The notes: generated from the sequence alone by a model not told the origin. A DNA stretch of 62,806 nucleotides, filler included, from Chiloscyllium plagiosum (GCF_004010195.1; 4 parts of one record of this genome joined end to end with filler, not necessarily neighbours in it); one strand, 5' to 3'. Numbered from the whole stretch's first letter, positions 1 to 12,855 are shown. Numbers and translations: made by a program.

Positions 1-356
1 CACTCTCTCTCTCTCCCTCTCACACTCTCTCTCTCTCCCTCTCACACTCTCTCTCTCTCCCTCTCACACTCTCTCTCTCTCCCTCTCACACTCTCTCTCT
101 CTCCCTCTCACACTCTCTCTCTCTCCCTCTCACACTCTCTCTCTCTCCCTCTCACACTCTCTCTCTCTCCCTCTCACACTCTCTCTCTCTCCCTCTCACA
201 CTCTCTCTCTCTCCCTCTCACACTCTCTCTCTCTCCCTCTCACACTCTCTCTCTCTCCCTCTCACACTCTCTCTCTCTCCCTCTCACACTCTCTCCCTCT
301 CTCTCTCTCTCCCTCTCTCTCTCTATATCTATATATATATATGTATATATATATAC
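1..356. repeat. 22-bp tandem repeat (CACTCTCTCTCTCTCCCTCTCA) x about 13, followed by (CT)n and (TA)n microsatellite
   Basis: Directly visible periodicity. Confidence 0.95.
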
Positions 357-647
357 TTTCTTGATGGCAGCACGTTGGACAATCCTGCTCTACTTTAGCA
401 TTCTTTCATTAGGGACTGTTAGGTACTGGAATACTGGAGGATGAAGCCGAGTCATTGAGATTCACAGCACGGAAACAGGCCCTTCGCCCACCTTGATATA
501 TATATACTTTCTTGATGGCAGCACGTTGGACAATCCTGCTCTACTTTAGCATTCTTTCATTAGGGACTGTTAGGTACTGGAATACTGGAGGATGAAGCCG
601 AGTCATTGAGATTCACAGCACGGAAACAGGCCCTTCGGCCCACCTTG
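345..647. repeat. Direct tandem duplication of about 151 bp
   Basis: ttgatggcagcacg... at 361 and again at 512; copies differ by about one indel. Confidence 0.95.
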
Positions 648-1023
648 TCCACAGTGTTCTGACACTCTGTCTGTGTTCCAGGAAGCATTGGTTTTCAGCT
701 CTTAAGAGATAACGGGCAATCCAGAGAGGTCAGTGACTGCAGTTTCCATTGTCAGAATTACGATTCTGTGGAGGGTGAGGAGCAGATTGGAGACAAGGGT
801 GGACTACTCCTGCAGTCTGAGGTCCACAATATTCACCGTAAACTGGGGCTGTAAATACACCTGCTGTATGTCTGGCAGGGGCTGCAGAGAGAACCACCAC
901 TTAGCATACGTCCACGGTGTGGATCATGACCTTGGGTTGCCCTGAAGCGCTTTCCAGCCAATTGTGCACTTTTGGAACCTGGGAAACCTGGCTCCCACAA
1001 ATAACTCGTCAGCACATGTTTGT

Positions 1024-1510
1024 TTCGGTCGCCTGGAAGCAGTTCAGAGATGTTTCAGAAGACTCATCCTAGAATTGAAGGCTTTTTTCCCAATGAGGTT
1101 GGGTAAGTTAGGCCCACTATTCATTAGGGTTTAGAAGAATGAGAGGTGACTTAATTGAGATGTGTAAGGTTCTGAGGGGGCTTGATAGTGTCCATCCTGT
1201 GAGGATGTTTCTCCTCTGGGTGGGGTGGAGAACCTCTAACAAGGGGTGGGGGGGCGGGGCAGATATTTCAAAATGTTTATGTTGGGGGCAGAAGAGGCTG
1301 GTTCCAATGAAATGGAACTGAAGAATTTCTTCTTCTCTCAAAATGTTGTGGAATTCTGTTTTCCCAAAGTCGTTGAATGTATTCAAGGCCAAATTGGAGA
1401 GACGTTTGAAGTTTAGCCACACAAAGGAAACTGATGTTAAGGGTACAATTACATTAGCCACTATCTGACTGTTTGGCAAGTGGGATTGAGGGGCTGAATG
1501 GTCCACACTT
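1024..1510 (+). mobile_element. Old CR1-type LINE 3' fragment
   Basis: Degenerate RT C-terminal peptide MRGDLIEMCKVLRGLD followed by a CR1-like 3' UTR. Confidence 0.75.
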
Positions 1511-1619
1511 GCTCTCTCTTTTGTAATTATTGGAAGGATACTCCAAAAATACTTGATTGGCTGCAAAACTACTCCGCAGCCCTTATACACTGCCATATCT
1601 TTTCGATCTGCTTGAGGAG

Positions 1620-1750
1620 GTAGATAGGACCTGGGTTTAACATCTCATCTGAAAGGGGACAGTGTCTCCAACAGTGTGGCAGGGCCTCAGTACTCTGCTG
1701 GGGTTTAAGCCTTGATTTGTGTGTTCAAACCTCTGCAGTGGGACTTGAAG
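1620..1750 (-). mobile_element. DeuSINE-like fragment (SacSINE1/AmnSINE1-type Deu domain)
   Basis: Reverse strand reads cagagtactgagg...ctttcagatgagatgttaaacc, the Deu core; cut off by the CR1 insertion at about 1752. Confidence 0.6.
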
Positions 1751-1751
1751 T

Positions 1752-2500
1752 TGGGAGGTCACGTTGCGGCTGTCCAGGACTTTGGTTCGGCCACTTAGAG
1801 TCATAGAGATGTACAGCTTGGAAACAGACCCTTCGGTCCAACCCGTCCATGCCGACCAGATAGCCCAACCCAATCTAGTCCCACCTGCCAGCTCCCGGCC
1901 CATATCCCTCCAAACCCTTCCTATTCATATACCCAACCAGATGCCTTTAAAAGTTTGCAATTGTACCAGCCTCTCGTGCAGTTCTTGTCTCCTTCCTATC
2001 GGAAAGATGTTGTGAAACTTGAAAGGGTTCAGGCAAGATTTACAAAGATGTTGCCAGGGTTGGAGGATTTGAGCTACAGGGAGAGGCTGAACAGGCTGGG
2101 GCTGTTTTCCCTGGAGCGTCAGAGGCTGAGGGGTGACCTTATAGAGGTTTATAAAACCATGAGGGGCATGGATAGGGTACTTAGACAAGGTCATTTCCCT
2201 GGGGTTGGGGAGTCCAGAACTCGGTGAACAGGGAAAAATTTAAGAGGGACCTAAGGGGCAACTTATTCACACAGAGGGTGGTGCGTGTATGGAATGAGCT
2301 GCCAGAGGAAGAGGTGGAGGCTGGTACAATTGCAACATTTAAGAGGCATTTGGATGGATATATGAATAGGAAGGGTTTGGAGGGATATGGGCCGGGTGCT
2401 GGCAGGTGGGACTAGATTGGGTTAGGATATCTGGTCGGCACAGACGGGTTGGACCGAAGGGTCAGTTTCTGTGCTGTATGTCTCTGTGACTCTATAACCT
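1752..2500 (+). mobile_element. CR1/HER1 LINE 3' fragment containing a nested minus-strand CR1 3' end (about 1797-1972)
   Basis: ORF 1955-2227 (YRKDVVKLERVQARFTKMLPGL...[11 protein letters not shown]) and ORF 2224-2415 (FTQRVVRVWNELPEE) are the CR1 ORF2 C-terminus; gactctat tail. Confidence 0.9.
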
Positions 2501-3075
2501 TCTAACTCTGATAAACAGACAAGTCAAGAGCAATATGTTTCTCAGCAGCGATTTAAAAATCTGTCATTTCTAAGGGTTGGACGAGAATGGTATCCTAACT
2601 TTTTTTTTAAAACCTCATTTTTGCCGTGCGAAGTTGGGGAGCTGACAAGATTCATTAAACCATGAAAGCATCCTCCTTTGACCAAACAAAAATAAACCCA
2701 GCCAGCCCTTTTATGTGGCCCTGTGGCTGAAAACAACTGGTCGCCTCCTGAAGGAATTAATGCAGATGCTTCAAATTCTTACAAACCAAAGGGTGAAAGG
2801 GAAGTGGAATCCCTGGGGGATGCAGCAAGTTGGAGGTTACGTTTAAGCTGTCAGTCTTTACTGATGACTCTTTTTAGTGGGATCTGAAAGGTCTCCAGCC
2901 TACAATGACCCTGTTTATCTGCCTGCATATATTCCGTGCATCTAGTAATGAGAATATCCAGCGAGCCAGGCTGAATCCATGTCATTTCTGGACAATGAAA
3001 TTCTAAATCCTGCCAAGCTCAGGCCCAGTTGACTCCAGTGTTACAGTTGCACATAAAAACAGAAATCATCAGTTC

Positions 3076-3170
3076 GTCTCTCTCTCTGTCTGTGTCTGTG
3101 TGTGTGTCTCTCTCTCTCTGTCTGTGTGTCTCTCTGTCTCTCTCTCTCTCTCTGTCTCTCTCTGTGTGTG
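3076..3170. repeat. (TC)n/(TG)n compound microsatellite
   Basis: Visible dinucleotide runs. Confidence 0.9.
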
Positions 3171-3234
3171 GCTCTGAATGCCCTGCTTGGCGGTAAATGG
3201 TTTGTGAATTCTTTGCAAGTAGCGCAGCTATGAA

Positions 3235-3556
3235 GGGGTGGCATTGAGGCTTAGTAGTTAGCACTGCTGCCTCACAGTCCCAGGGACCCAGGTTCGATTC
3301 CAGCCTCGGGCGACTGACTGTGTGGAGTTTGCACGTTCTCCCCGTGTCTGCGTGGGTTTCCTCTGGGTGCTCCATTTTCATCCCACAGTCACAAAGATGT
3401 GCAGGTCAGGTGAATTGCCCCTGCTAAATTGCCCCTAGTGTCCAGGGATGTGCTGGCTGGATGGATTGGCAGGGACAGGGGATGGGTCTGGGCCGGATGC
3501 TGTTCGGAGGGTCAGTGTGGGCTGAATGGCCTAGTTCTACACTAGGGATTTTATGA
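3235..3556 (+). mobile_element. HE1-type V-SINE (tRNA head, V domain, CR1-like tail)
   Basis: tRNA-like A and B boxes (ggttcgattcc), V-domain gtggagtttgcacgttctccccgtgtctgcgtgggtttcc. Confidence 0.85.
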
Positions 3557-3799
3557 AATTGGGACAGGAGTAGGTTGAGTCCATTCAATACAATGATGGT
3601 TGGTCTGACACTCTGCCCATCCACACTGCCGTATCTTCATACCCTTTTGATATCCCCGATTGACCAACTCTTGATCAATCTCAGACTTAACTATACACGA
3701 GGACTCTACCCCCACCGCTCCCTGTGGCAAGGAATTCCAAAGACTCTTAACCCTCTGAGGGATGAAATTCCTCCTCCATCTCAGTCTTAAATTGAAGAA

Positions 3800-3966
3800 T
3801 TAGATTAGATTACTTACAGTGTGGAAACAGGCCCTTCGGCCCAACAAGTCCACACTGACCCTCCGAAGAGCAACCCACCCAGACCCATTCCCCTACATTT
3901 ACCCCTTCACCTAACATTGCGGGTAATTTAGTGTGGCCAATTCACCTAACCTGCACATCTTTGGAC
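3800..3966 (-). mobile_element. HE1-type SINE 3' half nested in an older minus-strand CR1 fragment
   Basis: (TTAGA)n tail plus cagtgtggaaacaggcccttcggcccaacaagtcc. Confidence 0.8.
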
Positions 3967-6305
3967 TTTTAATTCTGAGGCTATGCCGTCTGGTCCTAGA
4001 CCCCTCCATGACTGGGAATATCCTCTCAGCATTTACCTCATCTAGCCAGATAAGAATGCTATATGTTTCAATAAGCTCCCCTCTTACTATTTGAAACTGC
4101 ATTTGAGTAGAGTCCTACCTGTTCGGCCTTTGCATGTAAGGCAATCCCTGTCTAACAGGATCGTCTAAATGAAGCCAGCCAGCCACTGGCACCAGTGACC
4201 AGCAGTGCATATCTGAGACGGTAAGACAGGAGGTTTCACCTGAAGCCCTGCAGACCCAGGCTCAAGTTCCATGTGATCAGATGGCCTATATTTCTTGCAA
4301 TTTAGAAGAATGAGAGGGTATCCAAACGGAGGGATTTGAGCTGATAAAAGGTGTGGATAAAGTGGACGTGGAGCGGATGATTCCTCTTGTGGGGCACTCT
4401 GGGATGAGAGGTCCATAGTCCTATGGTAAGGAGCAGCAAATTTAAAACAGAGTTGAGGAAAAACTACTACTCTGGAAGGGTTGTAAATCTGTGAGATTCG
4501 CGATCCCAGAGTGCGGTGGATGCTGGGACAGTGAGTAAATGTAAGGAGGAGTGAGGTAGATTTTTAATTGGTGATGGGTTTAAGGGAAATGAGGGAAGAC
4601 AGGAAAATGGGTATGAGTAGCATATCAGCCATGATCGAATGTGGAGCAGACTCGATGGGCTGAACGGCCTAATTCTGCTCCTATATCTTATGAACAATAG
4701 TATAGCTCCTAATGCACATTCTCAGTAGCTCTCCTTAACATCAAAGTGTATCTCCCTTTACACCACAACTCGCTACCCTGCACTATTCAAGCCCATTATA
4801 TCACCCATTCAAGCCATGAACATTTAACTCTGTTACTCCACTTGCCTCACCCACAGATCTCTGTACTCTTGAAGTTTGCACATCCAGCAGTGTTCTCTGG
4901 TCTCTAAGAGGACGTGGGAGACACATGTGGCCTTTATTAATTCTCGTGGAGTGCGCACACACTGATGGAATGGAATGGAATGGCACAGCAGCTTCTGATG
5001 AGGCGGTGCCACTTCACAGAAACCTGGGTGTAGCAGCAGTGAAGACCAACTGAGGAAGGACTGACTTAAAGGAGAGCACCTCCACAGGCCTGAGTGACCA
5101 CGACCTCATGAAAAGGCAGGCGAGGAAGTGAAATCTTAGCTCCCCCCCGCCTTTCCGTCTGCTTTATTCTCTGATCTAGGGATGAGTGTGTACTCGGTGA
5201 AATGAAGAATAGAGGGCGTTCTGAGGATATTCCAGAGGTGAGGAAATGAAGACATCTCCGCCTCATCCAGGGTAGGAATTTCCCTTTTCTGCCCTTGCTG
5301 ATGAGCTGCAGATAATAACACCTCAGGGATCCTGTGAGAAATTAGGGCACCATAGTTGACAACAGAATAAGCTGCTGGAGCGAGGTGTGAAGGATCTTCC
5401 TGTGCAGTGTACTGCTCTGCACACCCACTTGACAATGACCAGCCGAGAAATCTTGCTTCCCAGCTGCGGTCTGACCTTCTCCCCTCGGACAATTTTCTTT
5501 TTTTTTTAGATTAGATTAGATTAGATTAGTTCCTGCTTTTGTAACTAGAAAGAGCAAGCCAAGGTCCATAATGTCCTCTGGATATAGTCACCATCTTCTT
5601 TGCCACCTTTTCATCCCAACTGTTTGTAACTCTAGTTTCAGGGAAAAAAAAGATTGGCCCTACCTCATCTCATCATGTCAGGACTGGAGGGTGTGTAATA
5701 GACAGTGGTTTATGGCCCTCTGAGGCAACATTTATATCTCCTTCCTGAAGAATAATTAGACCTGTTGCGCTTGATAAAGAATCACAGCGATTTAGGAGTG
5801 TTGCAAAGATCTCTGTAATCCCTCTTCCATTATCGTTTGCAGCAAGCAAGGTAGGGAAGAGTTAGACAGATTGGAGAAAATGGGGATGATCTGGAGGAGA
5901 GACGGTTGAGAGGAGATTTGATAGATAGAACTTTTTAAAATATTGAGGGCTGTGGACAGAGTTGAGAGGGGAGGAGCCGTTCTTTCCCATCAAGAATGAG
6001 AGGGCATTGAGGTATGTTGCTTGGCGAAGGATGTCATGGAGACGTGAGGGAAGTCATTTCAACTCCAGTGCACGAACAACCTTGGCGGTAAGTTCCTTAG
6101 TGGTGAGGGTTGGGATCTTGGATGCACCACCTGGGAAGGTGAAATCAGCCTCCCCCAATCAGGAATCCCTAGGGATCAATCCCTTCAAAAATGCCATGAC
6201 ACGTACGTAACAACAGATAGACACAATTAAGGCTGAGAGGTATTAATTATGCAAAATGGCTGAGGAAGAACCAAATTGTTCCGGAGAATTTAATGGAGCA
6301 GCTGA

Positions 6306-6368
6306 GAACCATGGTGGGGCTGGGAACTATGGTGGGGCTGGGAACTATGGTGGGGCTGGGAACTATGG
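6306..6368. repeat. 18-bp tandem repeat (GAACTATGGTGGGGCTGG) x about 3.5
   Basis: atgg recurs at 6311, 6329, 6347 and 6365. Confidence 0.9.
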
Positions 6369-7119
6369 GTGATAATGGCAGAACAGCTGGTAACCACTGG
6401 GCACCAGGGTTAAGGTAATCAACAAAACGATCACTCTGCGAGATGTGAGGTTTTCAGAAGCTGTGGATGGAATGTGTTGCCAGAAAGGAAGTGGATGCAT
6501 TGAGCACTTGAGATGCAGGATAGGGGGGAAAATACAGGTACTGTGAGACTGATTGGGACAGCCCTTTCAAAGAGCCAGCACAGACAGATGGACTGAATAG
6601 CCTCCTCCTGTGCTGTCATTTTGATCTCAACGTCTAAGATTTCTTTTTCTCCTTTCTGTTCATCCAATCTTCCCATTGGCATGTTTACCAGACTGGAGCC
6701 TGACTGTGAGAGCGCCCCTCAGCTACATGGCTACGTGGTGCATGGACCCATTTTATCAATAAGAGGCCAGCAACATCCCGCTTAACACTTGCCCCAGTAA
6801 GAGCAGACTGACCGACACTCTACAGACCCAAGGTTCAGGGAATAGGTGGCGGCTGTGAAACAGTCAGCGTTGCCCGTCAGTGGTCCTCCTTCATGTTGGA
6901 AGCCATTGACCATTCTCTGACCAAGCACTGGAGCCTGAGGCTGGGGTAACTGTGGAGGGGGGAGCAGTGCAGGAGCTTCCACTGTAGATCCAGCCACCTT
7001 TTGGAGGATTGAGGGACAATTCATTTGGTTGTTGATCCATACAGTGCGAGAACAAATCAGATCAAATCAAGTCCTCAGCAGGAAGAGCAAGTCTTCCATT
7101 TGTATTGACTGCAAAGGCC

Positions 7120-7500
7120 GGGGCTTTTTTGCCTGGCACGCAGGAGATTGAGGGGTGACCTTTATAAAGGTTTACAAAATCATGAGGGGCATGGATAGGG
7201 TGAATATCGAGGTTTTTGTTCCCCTTGGGTTGGGGAGTTCAAAATGCAGGAGGTGTATTTTTAAGGTGAGAGGAGAAAGATTTGGAAGGGACATGAGAGG
7301 CAACTCTTTCACACCGAGGGTGGTTTGTGTGTGGAATAAGCTGCCAGAGGAAGTGGTAAATGTGGGTACAATGACAACATTTAATAGACATTTGGATAAG
7401 TTCATGAATAGATAGGGTTTGGAGGGATATGGGCTAAGTGCAGGCAGGTGGGATTAGTTTAGTTTGGGACCGAAGGGTCTGTGTTTTTGCAGTATGACTC
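7120..7500 (+). mobile_element. CR1/HER1 LINE 3' fragment
   Basis: ORF 7155-7415 [12 protein letters not shown]...FTPRVVCVWNKLPEEVV. Confidence 0.85.
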
Positions 7501-9505
7501 TACGCTACATCCCAAGATGTGGCAGCTAATTAAATATTTTTCTGAAGCATGGCCACTGTTTTAATGTAGAAAATGGGTGCTCAATGTGCATGCAGGAAGC
7601 TCCCACAAACTTCTTTAAGGTAATAACCAGCTAATCTGTTTTTCCTGATTAAATAATAGTCAGGGGACTGGTGATAGTAAGTAGTAGCATGGTGGGTTCA
7701 TGTCTCATCTGAAAGCCGGCACTTCCCACAGTGCAGTGCTCCCTCAGCACTGATCCGGAATGTCAAGTTCTTCAACTTAAGTCCACGGATCTCAGTGGGT
7801 GGAGGGGGTGGGTTGTTGGGGCTCCGTGAGGAGTATGTATAGAATAGCATTGGCCTTGAAGATGGGTGGCTGGCGAAAGATGGTGTGAGTTGGGAGTGAG
7901 GGTACAGCTGCCATACGTACAGCACAGAGGTGACAGTCTGTCCCGTCTCAGCAGAGTGCACGTGGAGACAGTGTTATGTGCAAACCCCCCCTCCTGTTTC
8001 CTTCAGAGCTTTATTGAAGCACTTTCACATTGTGAATACAATTATCTATCATGAATTATACAACGTTACAGCTTCAGTGAGGGCCTCTGATTACTAATCA
8101 ATTTGAAAAGGGGATACTTCAACCAAAGCGTTTTGTGATGTCTGGTCTTAATCATGTACGGACATTTGGAGAATGAGGGCTGATCCCACAATAAAGGTCT
8201 TCCTTTTGTACACACAAGATTTACAGATGTCTTCAGCTAAAAACACACTCGGTGTTTTTGTTGCCTTTATTAAAGTAAAATGATGTTTTGGGTTAACATC
8301 AAACTGATGTGAAGCTGAACATATTCTTTTTATAATGTATAATTCTGGTGCCCTGCCAAGACCAGAAGAAGTTGAGTTCTAAACTACAGTCGGAAGCAAG
8401 CTTTATATGGTTTATTAAACATTTTGTTTTCAAGTTCACTTCAAAGCTAATGTGAAAGACAATTGGTTATCACTTTGAACTTTATTGCTACATTACAGCA
8501 AGTGACTACAGCTCAAAAGCACATCATTGGCTGGAAGGTACTGAGACTGATGGCGAAAAGTGCGATATAATTGCAATTCTTCCTTTGTTTTTCCCATTTG
8601 AAATTTTTCTCATCCCGTTTCTGCCACAATTGGGTCGTGGTTCATCTTTGAGTCAGAGGTTTGTGGGTTTGAGTGCCACTCCAGCACGCAGTGAACGCTG
8701 ACCGTTCCCAGTGCAGTGCAGAAGGAGTATTGGCCTTCAGAGGAAACGGTGAGATCCAAATGCTGACTGCTGTCGGGTGGATGTTAAACGTCTGGAGGTA
8801 CGGTTTCTCAAGGTCTTTCCGTGGTGTGGCAGGTCAGATCAGCGTATACTAGTGCTTAGGTTTCCTGCCGTCTTGGCTTCCCTCCTGCAAATAGGCAGTT
8901 TCAAAAGGCAAGCAGGAAGTGGAGAGAAAAACTTGCATTTATTGAGCACCTTTCACAGTTATAGGATGTCCCAAAGCACTCTTTGTCACTGTTGTAATGT
9001 GGAAAACTGAGCAGTCCATTTACACTCCGGAAAGAATTGCATCACAGACCCCCGCTTCGGGCACTTTCAAGAGTTCAGGCTCTGGGCCTATCTCCTCCAG
9101 GCCTATCTCCCACTCTAGGTCTACTGCTGCCACGCGTCCCCACTCCAGGCACTGTCATTGGAAGGAATCCTCGCCCTGGACAATGCTGCGGGCAAGAGTC
9201 CAGGCTCTGGGTCTACCACCTTCACGAGTCCCTGTTCCCTTAAACTATGTGATAATGAGCAGGTAATCTTGAGGAAGATGGGGCTATTCAGTCCCTCAGA
9301 CCTGCCTGCCATTTTAGATCATTGTTAATCATCTACGTCCGCATTACTTGTGCCGTGCAATCACTACATGTCCTTAAAAATCAATCAGCCTCTGTCTTGC
9401 ATGTACTCAATTGCATTTCCACTGATATCTGTGGTAGGGAATTCCAAAGACTCGTCACCCCCAAGAGTGAGGAAATTCCGCTTGATCTCAGTCTTAAATG
9501 GTGTA

Positions 9506-9635
9506 CAGAGGAGCCTCGGATTATTCAAACGACATGGGCAGGGAATATTTTGTTCCAATAATCGAATGCCGGATAACACCATTTAGCCACGTTTTTGGAC
9601 CTTGCCGGATAATTCGGAATTTCAAGGTTCCTCTG
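9506..9635. mobile_element. 130-bp Tc1/mariner-pogo (Tigger-like) MITE
   Basis: Terminal inverted repeats CAGAGGAGCCTCG and CAAGGTTCCTCTG flanked by TA at 9504-9505 and 9636-9637. Confidence 0.8.
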
Positions 9636-10720
9636 TACTCTTTTTTTTAAGCAGAAGCTCTGTGCGTCTAGTTCCAGATATCCTTGGTACTTGGGTAAGT
9701 GGTCCAAAACTACACTCCCAAGTATGAACATGTTAGATTGGTCAAATGCTCAGTATCAACTAGAACAAGTCTGCTCTTTAAATAGTGCCTTAGTATCTGC
9801 TATGCACACAGACAGCATGTCACTTCTTATCATTTCATCTGAAAGGTGGCATGCCTGACAGCACAGCACTCCCTCAGTATTGCGCTGGAGTACCAGCCCT
9901 GAGGCCATTGAGGGAATGCAGCAGAAGTTTCCCAGACTCATTCTTCCAAGGAGAGACAGAGGAGATTGGGCCTGTATTTTCAAAAGTTTGGAAAAGGGAA
10001 ACGTGTGCTTATCAAAACCTGTGCAGTGCTCCAGGTGCTCTACACGGCAGGTCCAGAAGGAAGGTTCCCTCACGTGGGGTAGTTAGAATTAGGGGACACA
10101 GTCTCTTCTTCAGAGGTCATTTTAGGACTGAGATGGAGAGGAGCTTCCTCATCAGAGGGCAGGGAATCTCCAGAATTCCAAACCCCAGAGGGCTGCGGAA
10201 GCTCACTCAGTGCCTCAAGACCGAGATTGAAGGGGAATCGGGGATATGGGAGCACAATTGCTGCCCAGCATTTTAGGAAGGGATCGGAACTTAGAACCTT
10301 CGGACCCAGCAGAGAGAGAGAGCACTTGAAGCCACTGCTGACTCTAAACCTGAGCAAAAGTTGACTCAACCCTCCCTAAAGATAAACTTGGGAGTGATTG
10401 ACTCATACGTGCGGAGGAAATTGCCGAGACTGGCAAAGAATTTGATACCTGCAAGCTATATGTACATGTGAAGACAAGCCAGGGTGTTTCAGTGTCAGAT
10501 AGCAGCTCTCTTTATGCTGTCTCAAAAAGCAGCCTGCCATATTGAGAGAGAATCTGGCTGAACAGGTTCCATTTTTGCCCGTGGGCTGGCCTGTCACTTT
10601 GACTCCCCCCTCCTCTACCCACAACGCCCCCCTCAACCCCCACCGTCTTTTCGACAGACCCCGATCTCCTCAGATTGCTGTTTGTTTAATGTTTTTCATT
10701 GTTGTCAATCTAATTTATTT

Positions 10721-10808
10721 GATAATGTGTTGCTGGAAAAGCGCAGCAGGTCAGGCAGCATCCAAGGAGCAGGAGAATTGATGTTTCGGGCATGAGCCCT
10801 TCTTCAGG
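10721..10808 (-). mobile_element. Short Penelope-like element terminal fragment with hammerhead-like core
   Basis: 14-bp TSD AATCTAATTTATTT (10707-10720, 10809-10822); minus strand CTGAAGA-A-GGGC-TCAT-GCCC-GAAACATC. Confidence 0.8.
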
Positions 10809-12582
10809 AATCTAATTTATTTCCCTGGAAAGGCTTCTCTCTGTGCAATCCATGCCTACTTTAGCAGAATGCTGTTTTTAAGGAGCTGGCCTCTGATTGC
10901 AGTCAGATGCTGGCGTACTCTCCTTCGAGACAAAGCGTTTTGGGTTTGAATCCCCCTCCTGGACAGTTACACACACATTCCTGATATTCCAGTGCACTGC
11001 TGAGTCGATATGGCATTGTTGGTGGCACAGTATTTTGGAAGAGACATGAAATCGAGGTTCCAAAGGTGGAATTGAATTGAATTTACTGTCACTTGTGCCG
11101 AGGCACAGTGAAAAGCTTTGCCCTGCGAACAATGCAGGCAGATCAGAGAGAGGTAACATAGATAAGTAAATAACAACAGGTAAACAGTGGCAAAAACAAA
11201 AACACAGCTACAGGCGAATGTTAAAAGTTTAGTGGTTGTCAAATATTGCATCAGCCTGTCTTGTAAAAGAATATGACCATTATCCCCAGTGTCATGGCAA
11301 ACATCTGTCCTTCAAGCACTTTTTCCCAAAACAGCAAGTTATCAATTTGCCATTTGTGGGAGTTTACCGTATGCAAACTGTCTGCTGTGCTTCCTACAAT
11401 GCAACTGTGACTTCACTGCAGAAAACAAAACCAGTTTATTGACTATGGAACACTTCAGGGTTTCCTGAGGTGGTGAAAGGGGCTAGATGAATGCAAGCCG
11501 GTAGTTGAGAGTGCAAGTCTTACTGAAAAGAGAGGGGTGTTGGTGAAGCTTTTCATCTTGCACTCGTCAGGACAAGTGCAAGAATAGCAAATTTCAAATA
11601 ATCTCAACAATTTCTACTGTAGGATAATAGGCACTGAGTGGTAAGTTGACTGTGGCTGAGGTGCAGTCGTAGAGCAAGCAATGGGGAGCTATAGGCTATC
11701 AGTCGCGTTTCAAATGTGGCTGATATACATTTGCCAGAAAAGGATGTACGTATATCTGCAAGGACCTGTGCTCTGCAAACAAAAGGAATATGTCCGACCT
11801 TTCAGCTTTTCTCAATTACCCAGGAACAAGGAGAGCCAATGGTCCCTGTTCCTTTCTCCATGGTAACTTGTAAGCCAATCGGAGTCAACCTTCCAAGCAG
11901 ACAGCCCCCTTTTTCTCCTGTGGTTATAAAAAGCATTCTTGCATTTTACCTGAGGACTCCAAGGTGAAAACCCTTAGCAACGTACACAAAATCAATCCAC
12001 CTCTCACCTTACTGGCGAGTCCGGCACAAGCCTGAGCAAATAGGTGAGCGACTGTCGTAAGAAAGTTGCAGTAGTTCATCAAACATTCAATCTGGAAAAT
12101 AAATTGCTAACAGCATGGTACAGTGGAATCAGGAATTTCACAAATTGCAGATCGGAATGACCCACTTGCAAATGTTTTGTAGTGCAGCAGCAAACCTTTT
12201 AATGTGAACAAATTTGTTCCACTTTATAACAACTGATTAACATATACATTGTGCAAAAAATACTCTTTACATCTAATACACAGTGGTGCCTGGGTGAAAT
12301 TATACAGATCAAGATTGTAATTGCATTCTGTCCAGGCAGTATTAAGTGGTGAACTCGCTCACGGACTTATCCTTGTGAGTTATTACTCATGGGGAGTGTG
12401 GGACATTGGAATTCAGGTATTTCCTTATCTTGACCCCAATCTCAACATGGTCCATTTCAGCCAGATGTTGTCCATTGCAGGAATGTCTCAGTCTCACAAT
12501 TTCTCGCATTGTTTTTGCATTCTCCTGAACTCTTCATTTGAATGTTCAATAGTATTTGATGGACAGTGTTCTCACCTCTGAG

Positions 12583-12855
12583 GAGTAAGGTGAGGGGGAA
12601 AGATCGCAAATGGATCTGAGGGGTAACTTTTTCGCATAGAGGGTGGTGAGTGTATGGAACAAGCTGCCAGGGGAATTAGTGGAGGTGGGTACAATTACAA
12701 CATTTTAAAAGGCTTCTGGATGGGTATATGAATAGGAAGGTTTGGAGGGATACGGCCCAGGTGCTGGCAATGGGACGAGGTCAGATTGGGATGCCTGGAC
12801 AGGGTGGATGAGTTCGACTGAAGGGTCTGTTTCCGTGCTGTTTGACTCTGACTCT
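12583..12855 (+). mobile_element. CR1/HER1 LINE 3' end, followed by a DeuSINE-like fragment to about 13090
   Basis: gagggtggtgagtgtatggaacaagctgccag...gaagggtctgtttccgtgctg tail. Confidence 0.8.

Noticed and set aside
1..290. Regular short repeats as a possible CRISPR array (also 6306-6368)
   Set aside because: Head-to-tail simple repeats without unique spacers, in a eukaryotic context with no cas genes.
1955..2415. RT-like ORFs as host protein-coding genes
   Set aside because: They are multi-copy, frameshifted CR1 ORF2 C-terminal fragments, annotated as mobile elements.
4159..4220. Apparent 62-nt exon DRLNEASQPLAPVTSSAYLR
   Set aside because: The acceptor and 5' part lie in antisense CR1-derived sequence; no supporting homology.
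9655..9694. Apparent exon with strong splice sites (ttttttaagcag ... tgg|gtaagt)
   Set aside because: It continues the minus-strand CR1 remnant interrupted by the MITE and gives no recognisable peptide.
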